From: Patescibacteria group bacterium
GTDB taxonomy: Bacteria; Patescibacteriota; Minisyncoccia; Phycocordibacterales; JACOZG01
Length of the DNA stretch: 64,000 nt
Direction of reading: 5' to 3'
NCBI GenBank assembly: GCA_038065495.1
Contig: JBBTQW010000002.1
Coordinates: forward strand, 81,321-145,320
In this document: piece by piece, positions 38,267 to 47,144 of the stretch
Position numbering within the stretch: position 1 is the stretch's first letter
Layout of the letters: each line of letters starts with the position of its first letter
Notes under the pieces: model-generated
Told to the model about the DNA's origin: nothing
Seen by the model: only the letters and a program-made list of their open reading frames with translations
The model's database searches: none
Made by a program: the position numbers and the translations under genes

Positions 38267-39472
38267 TTAATCAACAAACGTGAGCGCGTGACCAGTTTTA
38301 TTACCCCGCCCCGTGCGGCCAATGCGATGGACATAATCCTCATAAGTCGCGGGCAAATCATAGTTGATCACGTGACTGACATTATCAATATCTAGACCAC
38401 GCGCGGCTACATCTGTCGCCACTAAGATCTGACTGTGATTACCATCAAACTGGCTTAGCGCGCGCTGACGCTTAGACTGATTCTTGTTACCGTGAATCGC
38501 TTCGGCTTTGAAGCCACGTTTAATTAAATCTTGCGAGAGCCGCTCCACGCCATGTTTCGTCCGGCCGAAAATTAAAACTTTGCTGAAATGCGACTGGATG
38601 AGTAAATTATGCAAGACTTCGATTTTCTCTTCGCCCCGCTTCACACGCACCACGTCTTGATCAATATTCTTGGAAGTATCACCGGTTTTGACAGAAATCG
38701 TGACCGGCTCTTTGAGAAATTCGCGAATCAGTTTATCTAATTCTGGCTTGATAGTAGCTGAGAATAATAGAGTCTGCCGTTTGGCCGCCATCTGCGACAT
38801 AATAAACCGCATGTCATTAACAAAGCCCATGTCGAGCATTCTGTCTGCCTCATCCAAAACAATAGTGCCGAAAGTTGGCAGTTTCATCACGCCGCGCTCC
38901 ACCAAATCTTTTAACCGGCCCGGTGTGCCGATCACAAAGTTGTGTGGCCGGCGGAGATTAGCGATTTGCTGACCAATCGACGCGCCGCCAACAGTACAAA
39001 CCGAGAAAACGCGCAAAGCACCACGGAAAGCAGCAAATTCTTCGTTAATCTGAATTGCTAATTCCCGCGTGGGCACTACGATCAAGACCCGTTCGCTAGA
39101 ATTAACCAGCACTTTGTTGAGAAGTGGAATCAAGAAAGCCGCTGTCTTGCCGGTTCCCGTATTGGCAATCCCCACCACATCCGAGCCGGCGAGAATAACC
39201 GGGATCGCCTGATCTTGGATTGGTGTCGTTGCTGTGTAACCTTTTGTTAGAATATTGCGTTTAAGTTCCGGACTAATCGCAAAATCAGTAAATTTATGTT
39301 TAGAAGCATAAGCCTTCATCTCCGCCACTGGTTCGGCCTTGCGGATAAACCGCGCTGGATTGATTGCCGGCCCACCCCGGAACCCGCCCCGACCACCACT
39401 TGGCCGGCGAGAATAACCGCCAGGCGGGCGGCTACGACCTCTATAACTACCGTGATTATTACGCTGATACAT
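38267..39472 (-). CDS. DEAD-box ATP-dependent RNA helicase with an RGG-rich N-terminal tail
   Basis: Q-motif, GTGKTAAF, PTRELA, DEAD, SAT and HRIGRTGR motifs. Confidence 0.9.
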   Translation of the reverse strand: MYQRNNHGSYRGRSRPPGGYSRRPSGGRGGFRGGPAINPARFIRKAEPVAEMKAYASKHKFTDFAISPELKRNILTKGYTATTPIQDQAIPVILAGSDVVGIANTGTGKTAAFLIPLLNKVLVNSSERVLIVVPTRELAIQINEEFAAFRGALRVFSVCTVGGASIGQQIANLRRPHNFVIGTPGRLKDLVERGVMKLPTFGTIVLDEADRMLDMGFVNDMRFIMSQMAAKRQTLLFSATIKPELDKLIREFLKEPVTISVKTGDTSKNIDQDVVRVKRGEEKIEVLHNLLIQSHFSKVLIFGRTKHGVERLSQDLIKRGFKAEAIHGNKNQSKRQRALSQFDGNHSQILVATDVAARGLDIDNVSHVINYDLPATYEDYVHRIGRTGRGNKTGHALTFVD

Positions 39473-39513
39473 ACTTAACTTCAGTATATATTAGTCTAGA
39501 TTAGATGTCAAGG

Positions 39514-40488
39514 TTAGAGTCCGCGATAGACGATAGCCGAGATATCAGCGATCACTTGTTGCAATTGCCCAAAGTCCTGCCCCTTGGTCATTACACAGAG
39601 CAAATAAGGCCTGGTGGGATAATAAACAACGCCACAGTCGTGGAGCTCACGAGAGATTACTTGTCCGAGAGCGTCGGTGCTGGTATGTTCGCCAAATTTA
39701 TGAGCCACCACTATATCTGCCGGTACACCGGCCACTAGACCATGCTTGAAGGTAGTGAGGGAAAGGAGCTGGAGAGCATACTCCGATAGACCCCGTGGCA
39801 GATAAGTAGAACTAAAGAGTGTCCGGATAATTTGAGAGAAAACCTGTGGTGACATGTAATCAACCGTATCAGCTGTTGGTGGCGGTGGGATCTTGAGGCC
39901 TTTAAAGACTTCGGCCAAAGCTTGTTTATGCTGATCAAACAGAAGCCCGAGGGCCACATTATCGGAGTCGACGATCATTGCTTCAATCAATTGTTTGATA
40001 GTATAGCGACCGTCTGCTAAAACATGACTGGGTGGATAATGCTGACCAAAATCAGTTTTGTTTTTATAATACAATTCCTCTGTCAGGATATCTGGATTAG
40101 TGCTGGCCGCCTTGAGATACCAGAGCATCACCGCCACCTTAAGCATACTCGATGGGCCATAGAGCCACGTCTCATTTACCCCAGTCCACCGGCCAAAGTT
40201 GAGGTCACGAAAATAAACGGAAATTGATTCGGCCTTACCCTCTCTGGTGGCCTTGTGCACAAACTGCTCGATTTGGCTCTTGAGTGCCGCATACTCCGGC
40301 GACTCACGTGGTATGTCAACGAGCAAAAGAGGTCGGATAAAATGATATTGGCTAGAATCCTCCCGTATCTGTACTAGCGGATTAGGTTGGTGCGAGACAT
40401 ACCAGACACGGAGAAACCAGCCAAGCACAGTACCAACTATCAAAGTAGTCAGAGCAACTTGCCACCAAACTAGACGCTTAAACATCAA
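39514..40488 (-). CDS. class A beta-lactamase-fold serine hydrolase (PBP/beta-lactamase-like), membrane-anchored
   Basis: SMLK (SxxK), SDN loop (DSDNVA) and a KFG triad variant; N-terminal TM helix. Confidence 0.6.
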   Translation of the reverse strand: MMFKRLVWWQVALTTLIVGTVLGWFLRVWYVSHQPNPLVQIREDSSQYHFIRPLLLVDIPRESPEYAALKSQIEQFVHKATREGKAESISVYFRDLNFGRWTGVNETWLYGPSSMLKVAVMLWYLKAASTNPDILTEELYYKNKTDFGQHYPPSHVLADGRYTIKQLIEAMIVDSDNVALGLLFDQHKQALAEVFKGLKIPPPPTADTVDYMSPQVFSQIIRTLFSSTYLPRGLSEYALQLLSLTTFKHGLVAGVPADIVVAHKFGEHTSTDALGQVISRELHDCGVVYYPTRPYLLCVMTKGQDFGQLQQVIADISAIVYRGL

Positions 40489-40515
40489 GCCTAGTTTAAC
40501 AAAAAATCACTCTGC

Positions 40516-40543
40516 TTGACAATTTAACTCACTCGACTATACT
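40516..40543 (+). promoter_or_regulatory. near-consensus sigma70 promoter (TTGACA-N16-TATACT) with no downstream ORF
   Basis: Hexamers read directly from the sequence; predicted TSS near 40550. Confidence 0.5.
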
Positions 40544-40549
40544 TATAGT

Positions 40550-40722
40550 GTAAGTTCATTGGGCATGTGAGAATGATCGTTGATAGATAGAGTTATCTTC
40601 TAGTTTTCCAATCAGTTCAGCTGTTTACCCATAAACCATAACTCTCTCTTCTCTTCGACTTCATTTCCCTCTCATCCCCAATCCACTTACACCCCCTCGT
40701 CGCTTCGGCACGAGGGTTTTTT
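40550..40722 (+). ncRNA. candidate small RNA (about 170 nt), pyrimidine-rich 3' half with CCUC/CUCU motifs
   Basis: Bounded by the promoter above and a UUCG-loop intrinsic terminator; no ORF longer than a few codons; lies between two minus-strand genes. Confidence 0.4.
40694..40722 (+). terminator. intrinsic terminator (ccctcgt-c-gc-UUCG-gc-acgaggg + TTTTTT)
   Basis: Plus-strand hairpin with a T6 tail. It cannot serve the adjacent minus-strand gene, which ends at 40731. Confidence 0.6.
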
Positions 40723-40730
40723 CATGTTAA

Positions 40731-41309
40731 TTAACGACTTTCTCCTTCGAAGTCTTGGGCCACTTCGCCAAATTTCAAAGTCACGGGATCAAGCTTGAGC
40801 CAGACACTCTCGCCGACCGAAGGCGCCACTGTCATCGGCTCATCTGGTTTACGCACAGCGTAATTGACCACAATCACATTGTCTCTCAGCGTTTCTCGCA
40901 CTGTTACACCCTCATCAAGATTGACCGACTGCGGCGCAATCCGATCGCCCAAAAAGTAAGAATCAGAACCAACGTGGCCATTGACTGTATCCAGCACGGC
41001 TACGACGTAGAAAAATGTTCCGCTGCCGCCGCCAGTTTGAGTGACCAAGAACACCAAATCTTCTCGGCCATCATTATCCAAGTCGTGTTTAAGTTCGTGA
41101 CCAAAATAGCGGGTAGTAATTTTTGCTCCGGGGATCGAGGCCAGTGCGACTTCCGCCACGCCATCCACCAGCGTAACTGGTGTATTCTCGACTTTAAACG
41201 TTGCGTTGCGCGCATCGAAATTTGCAGAGTTCTCTGACCAGCTAAAACAAATAGCGATAGCAACAACAATGCTAACTACAATAATTAGATAGACGATACT
41301 CTTTTTCAC
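40731..41309 (-). CDS. hypothetical membrane-anchored exported protein (192 aa)
   Basis: N-terminal TM/signal anchor and a DLDNDGREDLVF calcium-binding-like motif; no family recognised. Confidence 0.45.
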   Translation of the reverse strand: MKKSIVYLIIVVSIVVAIAICFSWSENSANFDARNATFKVENTPVTLVDGVAEVALASIPGAKITTRYFGHELKHDLDNDGREDLVFLVTQTGGGSGTFFYVVAVLDTVNGHVGSDSYFLGDRIAPQSVNLDEGVTVRETLRDNVIVVNYAVRKPDEPMTVAPSVGESVWLKLDPVTLKFGEVAQDFEGESR

Positions 41310-41381
41310 GTATCCTGAATTATATCTAAATTAAAACTTTTTTGTAATGCCACTGTTGCGCCGGCGTCTTAGCTAGAGAAG

Positions 41382-41564
41382 ATGACTGATATTATCCATG
41401 CCGATATCTTCTTCTTTGTGGCAACGCTCGCGCTCATCGCCATTAGCGTTCTCGTAGCGATTGCCCTGACTTATTTGATTATCTTACTCCGCCGTCTCAA
41501 CCAGACTAGCAAAGATGCCGCCAATATTGTGTCGCGAATCAAGAAGTTTTTTAAAAAGCGTTAG
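41382..41564 (+). CDS. small membrane protein (60 aa)
   Basis: Single TM helix (FFFVATLALIAISVLVAIALTYLIILL) with a basic C-terminal tail. Confidence 0.4.
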   Translation: MTDIIHADIFFFVATLALIAISVLVAIALTYLIILLRRLNQTSKDAANIVSRIKKFFKKR

Positions 41565-41602
41565 AAATTATTAAGAAATAAGACAAAAATAAAAAGAAAA
41601 AT

Positions 41603-41782
41603 ATGAAGAAAAAACCAGAGAAAAAACCAGAGAAAAAACAAAATTATGAGGCGATCACTCACGCCATTGCTGATAAGTACCACGTGCTCAAGCAGGCCAG
41701 CCTGGATGATATTCTCGTCTTTGCCCGCGATCTCAATCACGCTTGGCAGAAGTTGGAGAAAAGCGCCGGCAAGAAGATATAA
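41603..41782 (+). CDS. small basic hypothetical protein (59 aa; MKKKPEKKPEKKQ... N-terminus)
   Basis: ATG..TAA ORF just below the 60-aa track cutoff; tandem 12-bp repeat gaaaaaaccaga x2 encodes the KKPE repeat. Confidence 0.35.
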   Translation: MKKKPEKKPEKKQNYEAITHAIADKYHVLKQASLDDILVFARDLNHAWQKLEKSAGKKI

Positions 41783-41794
41783 CAAGATATAACT

Positions 41795-41941
41795 ATGCCT
41801 GATACAAAATCAAAAGATATTGACGCCGACAACGCTAGCCGAGAGGCCGCTGAGGCCGAGGAGCGAGCCAATGACGCCCACGAAGCCGCTGCCAAAGAGC
41901 ATGAGGAAAAAGCCGCCGAACACGAAGAGAGGAGCAATTAG
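41795..41941 (+). CDS. small acidic low-complexity protein (48 aa)
   Basis: ATG..TAG ORF; E/A-rich (AAEAEERANDAHEAAAKEHEEKAAEHEE). Confidence 0.3.
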   Translation: MPDTKSKDIDADNASREAAEAEERANDAHEAAAKEHEEKAAEHEERSN

Positions 41942-41948
41942 AATTAAC

Positions 41949-42023
41949 TGGCTCCCTGGGTAGGATTCGAACCTACGACCAATCGCTTAACAGGCGACTG
42001 CGCTACCGCTGCGCCACCAGGGA
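41949..42023 (-). tRNA. tRNA-Asn (anticodon GUU), CCA encoded
   Basis: Reverse complement folds as TCCCTGG/CCAGGGA acceptor, GCGC D-stem, GTCGC-CTGTTAA-GCGAT anticodon arm, GTAGG-TTCGAAT-CCTAC T-arm, G discriminator, CCA. Confidence 0.85.
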
Positions 42024-42042
42024 ATAAAAGGAATCGGAAATA

Positions 42043-43074
42043 CTATAACACAACTCCCCCGCCCAAGCATCTCTCGCCAGCGTAGAGTACTAAAGATTGA
42101 CCAGAAGCTAGCGCGCCCGGAGAAACCAAGAAGGTGACCTTATTTTTGTTAATTTTACAATCCAAAAGTTCTCCGCGATGCCTAATCCGCGCCTGATAGA
42201 TCTCACCAGTTTCTGGTCTCGCTAACCAATTAGTATCGACTAGATTAATTATATTATTTTCTAAAACTGGTGGCTGGTCTGACACAATTAAAATATTCCG
42301 CTTCAAATCTTTCCGCACAATATAACCGTGATGACGCTCGCCGATCGTGTAGAACCACACGCCGTCGTGCTGGCCCACCACTTTCTCTTTCCCAGCAACA
42401 ATTTTCACCACTTTACCGGTTTTAGTTTTAATATATTTCTGCAGAAACTTTTTCACATCCAATTTGCCAATAAAACACAAACCCTGACTATCTTTCTTCG
42501 CAAAATTTGGTAGCTTAAACTTTTTCGCTAATTTTCTCACTTCAGTTTTCTGATAATTCCCAACCGGAAACAAGCACTTCTCTAACTGTTCGGGTTTTAA
42601 AGTCCACAAGAAATAGCTCTGATCTTTATTCTTGTCTCTACCCATCGCGAGCGAGAAAATATTTTTATTTCTAACAACTTGCGCATAATGTCCAGTCGCG
42701 ACAAAGTCCGCGCCGTTCTTGATGGCCCAATCGTAAAAAGCGCCGAATTTCACACTTCTATTACATTCAATGTCCGGATTCGGCGTGCGGCCAGCTTTAT
42801 ATTCTCGAATCATATATTTCACCACTTGCTTCTCATATTCTTCGCTCAGATCTATCGTAACAAGTGGAATATCCAAGACTGCCGCCACGCGCATGGCCTC
42901 GCGTCTATCTTCTCTCCAAGTACACTTAAAACCTTCCGGCTCCCAGACTTTGATAAACACGCCGGTCACGCTGTAACCAGCTTGCTTGAGTAGCGCCGCC
43001 GAGACCGAGCTATCCACGCCACCGGACATGCCCACAAAGACTCGTTTATTTCGCTCTCCTTTCTTATTCATCAT
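42043..43074 (-). CDS. mnmA: tRNA-specific 2-thiouridylase MnmA
   Basis: PP-loop VGMSGGVDSSVSA, NPDIECN motif and C-terminal beta-barrel. Confidence 0.85.
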   Translation of the reverse strand: MMNKKGERNKRVFVGMSGGVDSSVSAALLKQAGYSVTGVFIKVWEPEGFKCTWREDRREAMRVAAVLDIPLVTIDLSEEYEKQVVKYMIREYKAGRTPNPDIECNRSVKFGAFYDWAIKNGADFVATGHYAQVVRNKNIFSLAMGRDKNKDQSYFLWTLKPEQLEKCLFPVGNYQKTEVRKLAKKFKLPNFAKKDSQGLCFIGKLDVKKFLQKYIKTKTGKVVKIVAGKEKVVGQHDGVWFYTIGERHHGYIVRKDLKRNILIVSDQPPVLENNIINLVDTNWLARPETGEIYQARIRHRGELLDCKINKNKVTFLVSPGALASGQSLVLYAGERCLGGGVVL

Positions 43075-43091
43075 AATTAAGCTAACATATC

Positions 43092-43817
43092 TTGATGTTA
43101 ATAGTAATCAGCTTGGCGACAGCTATCTTTACTCTACTTGGTGGCTTATTCGCGCTCAAGTTCCGCGATAAACTGCACTTGATTCTCGGCTTCTCGGCCG
43201 GCGCACTCATCGGCGTGGCTTTCTTCGACTTGTTACCCGAAGCTCTCGAGCTTGGCGAGAATTATTTCTCTACTTCGCAAATCACTAGTCTAATCGCGCT
43301 GGGCTTTCTAGTTTATCTAATCTTAGACAGATTAATCTTGCCCCACAGTCATCATCACGATGAACATTGTGAGAACGAGAGTCACCGTGGCCGGTTCGCT
43401 GCCGGCTCGCTCTCCTTCCACAGCTTGCTCGACGGCATCGCGATCGGTCTCGCCTTCCAAGTTTCTAGCGCGGTTGGTTTAATCGTGACTCTCGCAGTGC
43501 TAACTCACAAGTTTCTCGACGGCATCAGCATCGTTAGTTTAATCCTGAAAGACGGCGGTGAGAAGAAGCTAGCCTTCCAGTGGCTAAGCCTCGCTTCCAT
43601 CGCGCCAGTGGTTGGCATCATCTCCACCCTGTTCTTCACTCTCCCACAATCTGCGCTCGCACTGATCCTCGCATTCTTCGCCGGCTTCTTCTTCTACATT
43701 GGTGCCAGCGACTTGCTCCCCGAGAGTCATCACGCTCACCCCACGCGCTGGACAACTCTTGCTACTATTTTGGGCCTTATCGTGATTTACACGGCGGTTA
43801 GTGTGGCTGGGGTTTAG
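43092..43817 (+). CDS. zupT: ZIP-family zinc transporter
   Basis: HSLLDGIAIG and HKFLDGISI metal-binding TM motifs and a His-rich loop (PHSHHHDEH). Confidence 0.8.
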   Translation: MMLIVISLATAIFTLLGGLFALKFRDKLHLILGFSAGALIGVAFFDLLPEALELGENYFSTSQITSLIALGFLVYLILDRLILPHSHHHDEHCENESHRGRFAAGSLSFHSLLDGIAIGLAFQVSSAVGLIVTLAVLTHKFLDGISIVSLILKDGGEKKLAFQWLSLASIAPVVGIISTLFFTLPQSALALILAFFAGFFFYIGASDLLPESHHAHPTRWTTLATILGLIVIYTAVSVAGV

Positions 43818-43848
43818 GAAATTTTGGGAAAATAAAAAAGCCACCGGA

Positions 43849-44181
43849 TTAGGGTGGCTCGACGAAAAATGCTTCCATCATCGTCGTTTTGATTCTAGAA
43901 GAGAGATCTCCTTCGATGATCTTGGGAATAACCTGACTAATCAAGTTCAAGAGAACTCGTGTATCTATCTCTGTGAACTGTTCAGCAGTCCTTCCGGACG
44001 ACTCAAGATCGACAATCTCAAGCTCTAGTTTTTCGAAAAGTTTTCGCGCCAATTTTTCCTCTTTCTTGTAAACCTTGACCTTGCAGAAGGTAAAGGCAAG
44101 AACGAAGAAAATTTCCACCGTCGGATGATTCATATTCATATTAACTCCAATCTTCAAAGACCGTGAGCGGCACGTTGCCAC
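43849..44181 (-). CDS. hypothetical protein (about 96-110 aa)
   Basis: ORF only; start uncertain (possibly MNMNHPTV). Confidence 0.3.
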   Translation of the reverse strand: MATCRSRSLKIGVNMNMNHPTVEIFFVLAFTFCKVKVYKKEEKLARKLFEKLELEIVDLESSGRTAEQFTEIDTRVLLNLISQVIPKIIEGDLSSRIKTTMMEAFFVEPP

Positions 44182-44305
44182 CTTATCTAGTGATAGACTA
44201 CAAAACTACAACACACTGTCAAGTCTTGACAAAATGTGGTGTAATCACGCCACAGGCGGACAAGTTTTCTGGCAATCCTCCTTCGCCAAGGCTACGGCGG
44301 GATAA

Positions 44306-44351
44306 ATAAAAAAAGCGCCTCGGGTTTGTAGCCCGAAGCGCTTGTGATTTT
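44306..44351. terminator. bidirectional intrinsic terminator (A-run, gcgcctcggg/cccgaagcgc hairpin, T-run)
   Basis: Lies downstream of the minus-strand dockerin-like gene. Confidence 0.55.
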
Positions 44352-44395
44352 TCGTCTAGAACCAATCACTGGGATTAGCTCAGACTAGTTTCTCC

Positions 44396-44767
44396 CTAGT
44401 TGAGTAGCAAAGAAACGAAAGTGGGAATGTCAAGTTCCGAGGCCCAGAGACCGCTGGGCGTTCCCTGACCATAAATCTTGGCAAGGACGAAAGCTTGGAC
44501 ATCCAAGCCGTCGATTGCGCCATCGCAGTTCACATCTCCGGAGAGACATTGCGTCATGGCACGGAACAAGAATTCCGAGCCGTGCCAGACAGTGAGACCG
44601 CCGCCAGTTGAGACGCCAGTTATCGGCTGGCACAACAAATGGAACGCTGGTCCAGCCGAGGTCATTGCGCCGCTGGATAGCACGGCATGACGGATCTCGA
44701 TATCGGCTTGAGCGCTGACCGGAAGCAAGCAAGCAAATACACACAAAACGAACAGAAACCTCTTCAC
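44396..44767 (-). CDS. secreted small protein with a dockerin-type Ca-binding repeat
   Basis: Signal peptide MKRFLFVLCVFACLLPVSAQA; DVNCDGAIDGLDVQAFVLAKI matches the dockerin DxNxDGxxxxxD repeat. Confidence 0.5.
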   Translation of the reverse strand: MKRFLFVLCVFACLLPVSAQADIEIRHAVLSSGAMTSAGPAFHLLCQPITGVSTGGGLTVWHGSEFLFRAMTQCLSGDVNCDGAIDGLDVQAFVLAKIYGQGTPSGLWASELDIPTFVSLLLN

Positions 44768-44825
44768 AATTTTAACCTCTTTTCTTTCTTCGTTTGTTTT
44801 GTTTCTAGTTCTTGAGCAACTCAGA

Positions 44826-45548
44826 TCACGGACCGGTTATGGTCAGACCTTTGCAAGTGAGCCATCCGCTGGAACCATCCAGAGTGACGGTCTCCTGCCC
44901 GGCAGAATCGCAGGCAAAGACTTTGCCACTCCCGGCATTATTCCTTAATCCCGCCAACAGTGTCCCATTGGCAGAAAAAACGTTAACGACACCATTGATT
45001 CCGTCGAGAAAGATCACATCAACATTCGCTCCGTTCTTGATAACCAAAGAGCCCGGAGCAGAAGTTTGACCAAGGACAAGATTATTCGGGACCGTCGCGG
45101 CATAAACCGCATAAGGTACCCAAACAAACTGGATTCTTGGCGAAACCGCATTGCCATCGACAGAGAGCTCCAGATAACGATCACTGCCACCGGCAAACGA
45201 GGCAACCTGGACGGTAAACAGTGTGTTAATCACACCGTTGGTGACAGGCACGCTGGCAATGCTGTCTGGCGTCCCAATCACCGCGCCACCCGTTGGAGCA
45301 TTATAGATCGTAAAGGTCAGATCTGCCGGACCGAGCAAAGCCTGTGTGCCATCCATAAGGAGAGCACTGTAGCTAAACTCGACATCACTCACGCTTCTCC
45401 CGCTATTGTTAACAACAACCGCGAGCTTTGGGTCCTGGACCTGAACAGAGCCAGGGCCAGCAATCGCTCTGCTCTGCAGATGGGGAAGCAAAAAAGCTCC
45501 CGCAACGACACAGGCGAACGCAAACGAACCGAAACATTTTCGAACCAT
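44826..45548 (-). CDS. secreted hypothetical protein (240 aa), GC-rich
   Basis: Signal peptide, beta-rich composition, no recognised domain. Confidence 0.45.
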   Translation of the reverse strand: MVRKCFGSFAFACVVAGAFLLPHLQSRAIAGPGSVQVQDPKLAVVVNNSGRSVSDVEFSYSALLMDGTQALLGPADLTFTIYNAPTGGAVIGTPDSIASVPVTNGVINTLFTVQVASFAGGSDRYLELSVDGNAVSPRIQFVWVPYAVYAATVPNNLVLGQTSAPGSLVIKNGANVDVIFLDGINGVVNVFSANGTLLAGLRNNAGSGKVFACDSAGQETVTLDGSSGWLTCKGLTITGP

Positions 45549-45613
45549 TTTACTTTCCTCTATCTTTCTTTTTTCCCGCTAGAAGCTTGAGCTTCTAGCT
45601 TTTAGTTTACTGT

Positions 45614-46981
45614 TTACTCACCAACCACAGCCGGCCCACCGTGGGCCCTAATGGTCAGAAGTTTGCTTGTGCTGAACGCGTTTCCTTCCGCAGCCGTGTA
45701 ATGGCCATTAACAACCACAATCAGTCCGCCACTAGCAATTCTCGTGACAGCCTCTGATAGATCAAAGTGTGGCCGGAACACGGTGCCTTCGATATTGTTC
45801 ATTGGCTGTGGGTGATTTCTATCCACCAACCGAAACTCCGCAAAAGAACCTTTCATGTAATTGGCAATATCAGCCTCAAACTGATTATTCTCAAACGAGG
45901 TTCCCTTATTGCCAGCGGGCGGATTACAGCCACCATGCGTGTGGATACCCATCACTAGGCCATTAAGTTCCAAAATGATCGGACTGCCAGAGTTGCCACC
46001 GGTAGTGTTCACTCGATACTCATGATTGATCCAAGAGGAGCTAATCGTATTCTCAGCCACATAAGGACCAGTGGCCGTTTGCCGAGTAAAATTGTCCACA
46101 CCGCTATCGCTACCAAAGCCGGTCACTCGGACAATGCCACCAGCGGCCGGTTTCTCTCGCGTTAAGCGAAAACCAATGCCGTACTTCTGCCAAGGCAGAA
46201 GACCATCACTGTTTGGCCCAATCGAGAAAATGGCATAGTCATTACCCGGCACAGCCGTCTCACCTGGGGAACGAACAATTGCACCAGTGAGATCCACTGG
46301 GAACTGGTCGGCCACTGGTGCCGGATTAATCGTTCCGTCGAGGTCGGAAGCTGGGACAGGTCCAAACTCCGCCACGCCAGAAAGATCCAAGACGCCGTTA
46401 CCGTCAGGATCAACGCAATGCCCGGCACTGAAGACAACTTCTCCCACACCCAGGCCACCACGTGAGCCAATGCCAACGGTAAAGCAAGTGCAAGGCCCAA
46501 GGCCAAGTCGCCCGATTCTGCCGTCGTTAGAAGCCACGCGATCGTCAGGGCCACACAAGCTTCTCTCTACTTGCTCCTGACCTCTTAGACCTTCCAGTAC
46601 TTCATCAACAGACACGGAGATACCTTGCTCGCCGGGCGCCACGTGGAGTTCGATCTCCACCGCATCGCCCTTAAAGAAAGCCGACGCATTGGCCCAGAGA
46701 GCAAGCGCCGTGCTGTCCAACTTCTGCTCCTCCAAAGTTTGGAGACTTCGCAGAATAATGTAGCTGCGCTTACCCAAATTTGCTTTGAGATGAACCCGCA
46801 GCCACGGAGCGCCAACAAATTGTACGGTACCCCCCGAAAAGGGTTTGGTAAATTTGTCGGTGTGATTACCGTGAACTTGTGAGTCCAGGGCAACACAGTG
46901 ATGTGTATACCTCGGTCTTGGCTCACCAAAACTTGGTGAGGCCAAAACCAGAACTAACAACAAACTACTCAGTCTCATCAA
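45614..46981 (-). CDS. secreted trypsin-like (S1 family) serine protease with an N-terminal pro-region
   Basis: Signal peptide; catalytic His (SAGHC) and Ser (TTGGNSGSPI) motifs. Confidence 0.65.
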   Translation of the reverse strand: MMRLSSLLLVLVLASPSFGEPRPRYTHHCVALDSQVHGNHTDKFTKPFSGGTVQFVGAPWLRVHLKANLGKRSYIILRSLQTLEEQKLDSTALALWANASAFFKGDAVEIELHVAPGEQGISVSVDEVLEGLRGQEQVERSLCGPDDRVASNDGRIGRLGLGPCTCFTVGIGSRGGLGVGEVVFSAGHCVDPDGNGVLDLSGVAEFGPVPASDLDGTINPAPVADQFPVDLTGAIVRSPGETAVPGNDYAIFSIGPNSDGLLPWQKYGIGFRLTREKPAAGGIVRVTGFGSDSGVDNFTRQTATGPYVAENTISSSWINHEYRVNTTGGNSGSPIILELNGLVMGIHTHGGCNPPAGNKGTSFENNQFEADIANYMKGSFAEFRLVDRNHPQPMNNIEGTVFRPHFDLSEAVTRIASGGLIVVVNGHYTAAEGNAFSTSKLLTIRAHGGPAVVGE

Positions 46982-47144
46982 TACACCTTCTTTCTTTTTC
47001 TTTTTTTCTAGTTGTTTTTTTGCTTACTTTTACTTCTCAAAACTAATTAAGAAGAATGATTGTCAATGACCTGCTCTCACACATAAATGCGAGCAAAAGA
47101 TCAAAGCCAATCTCAAATTACACCAAAAGACCTATTCCGTCAAA

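Noticed and set aside
41613-41636. Tandem 12-bp repeat gaaaaaaccaga x2.5
   Set aside because: It lies inside a small ORF and simply encodes a KKPE peptide repeat. It has no CRISPR-like spacing or additional copies.
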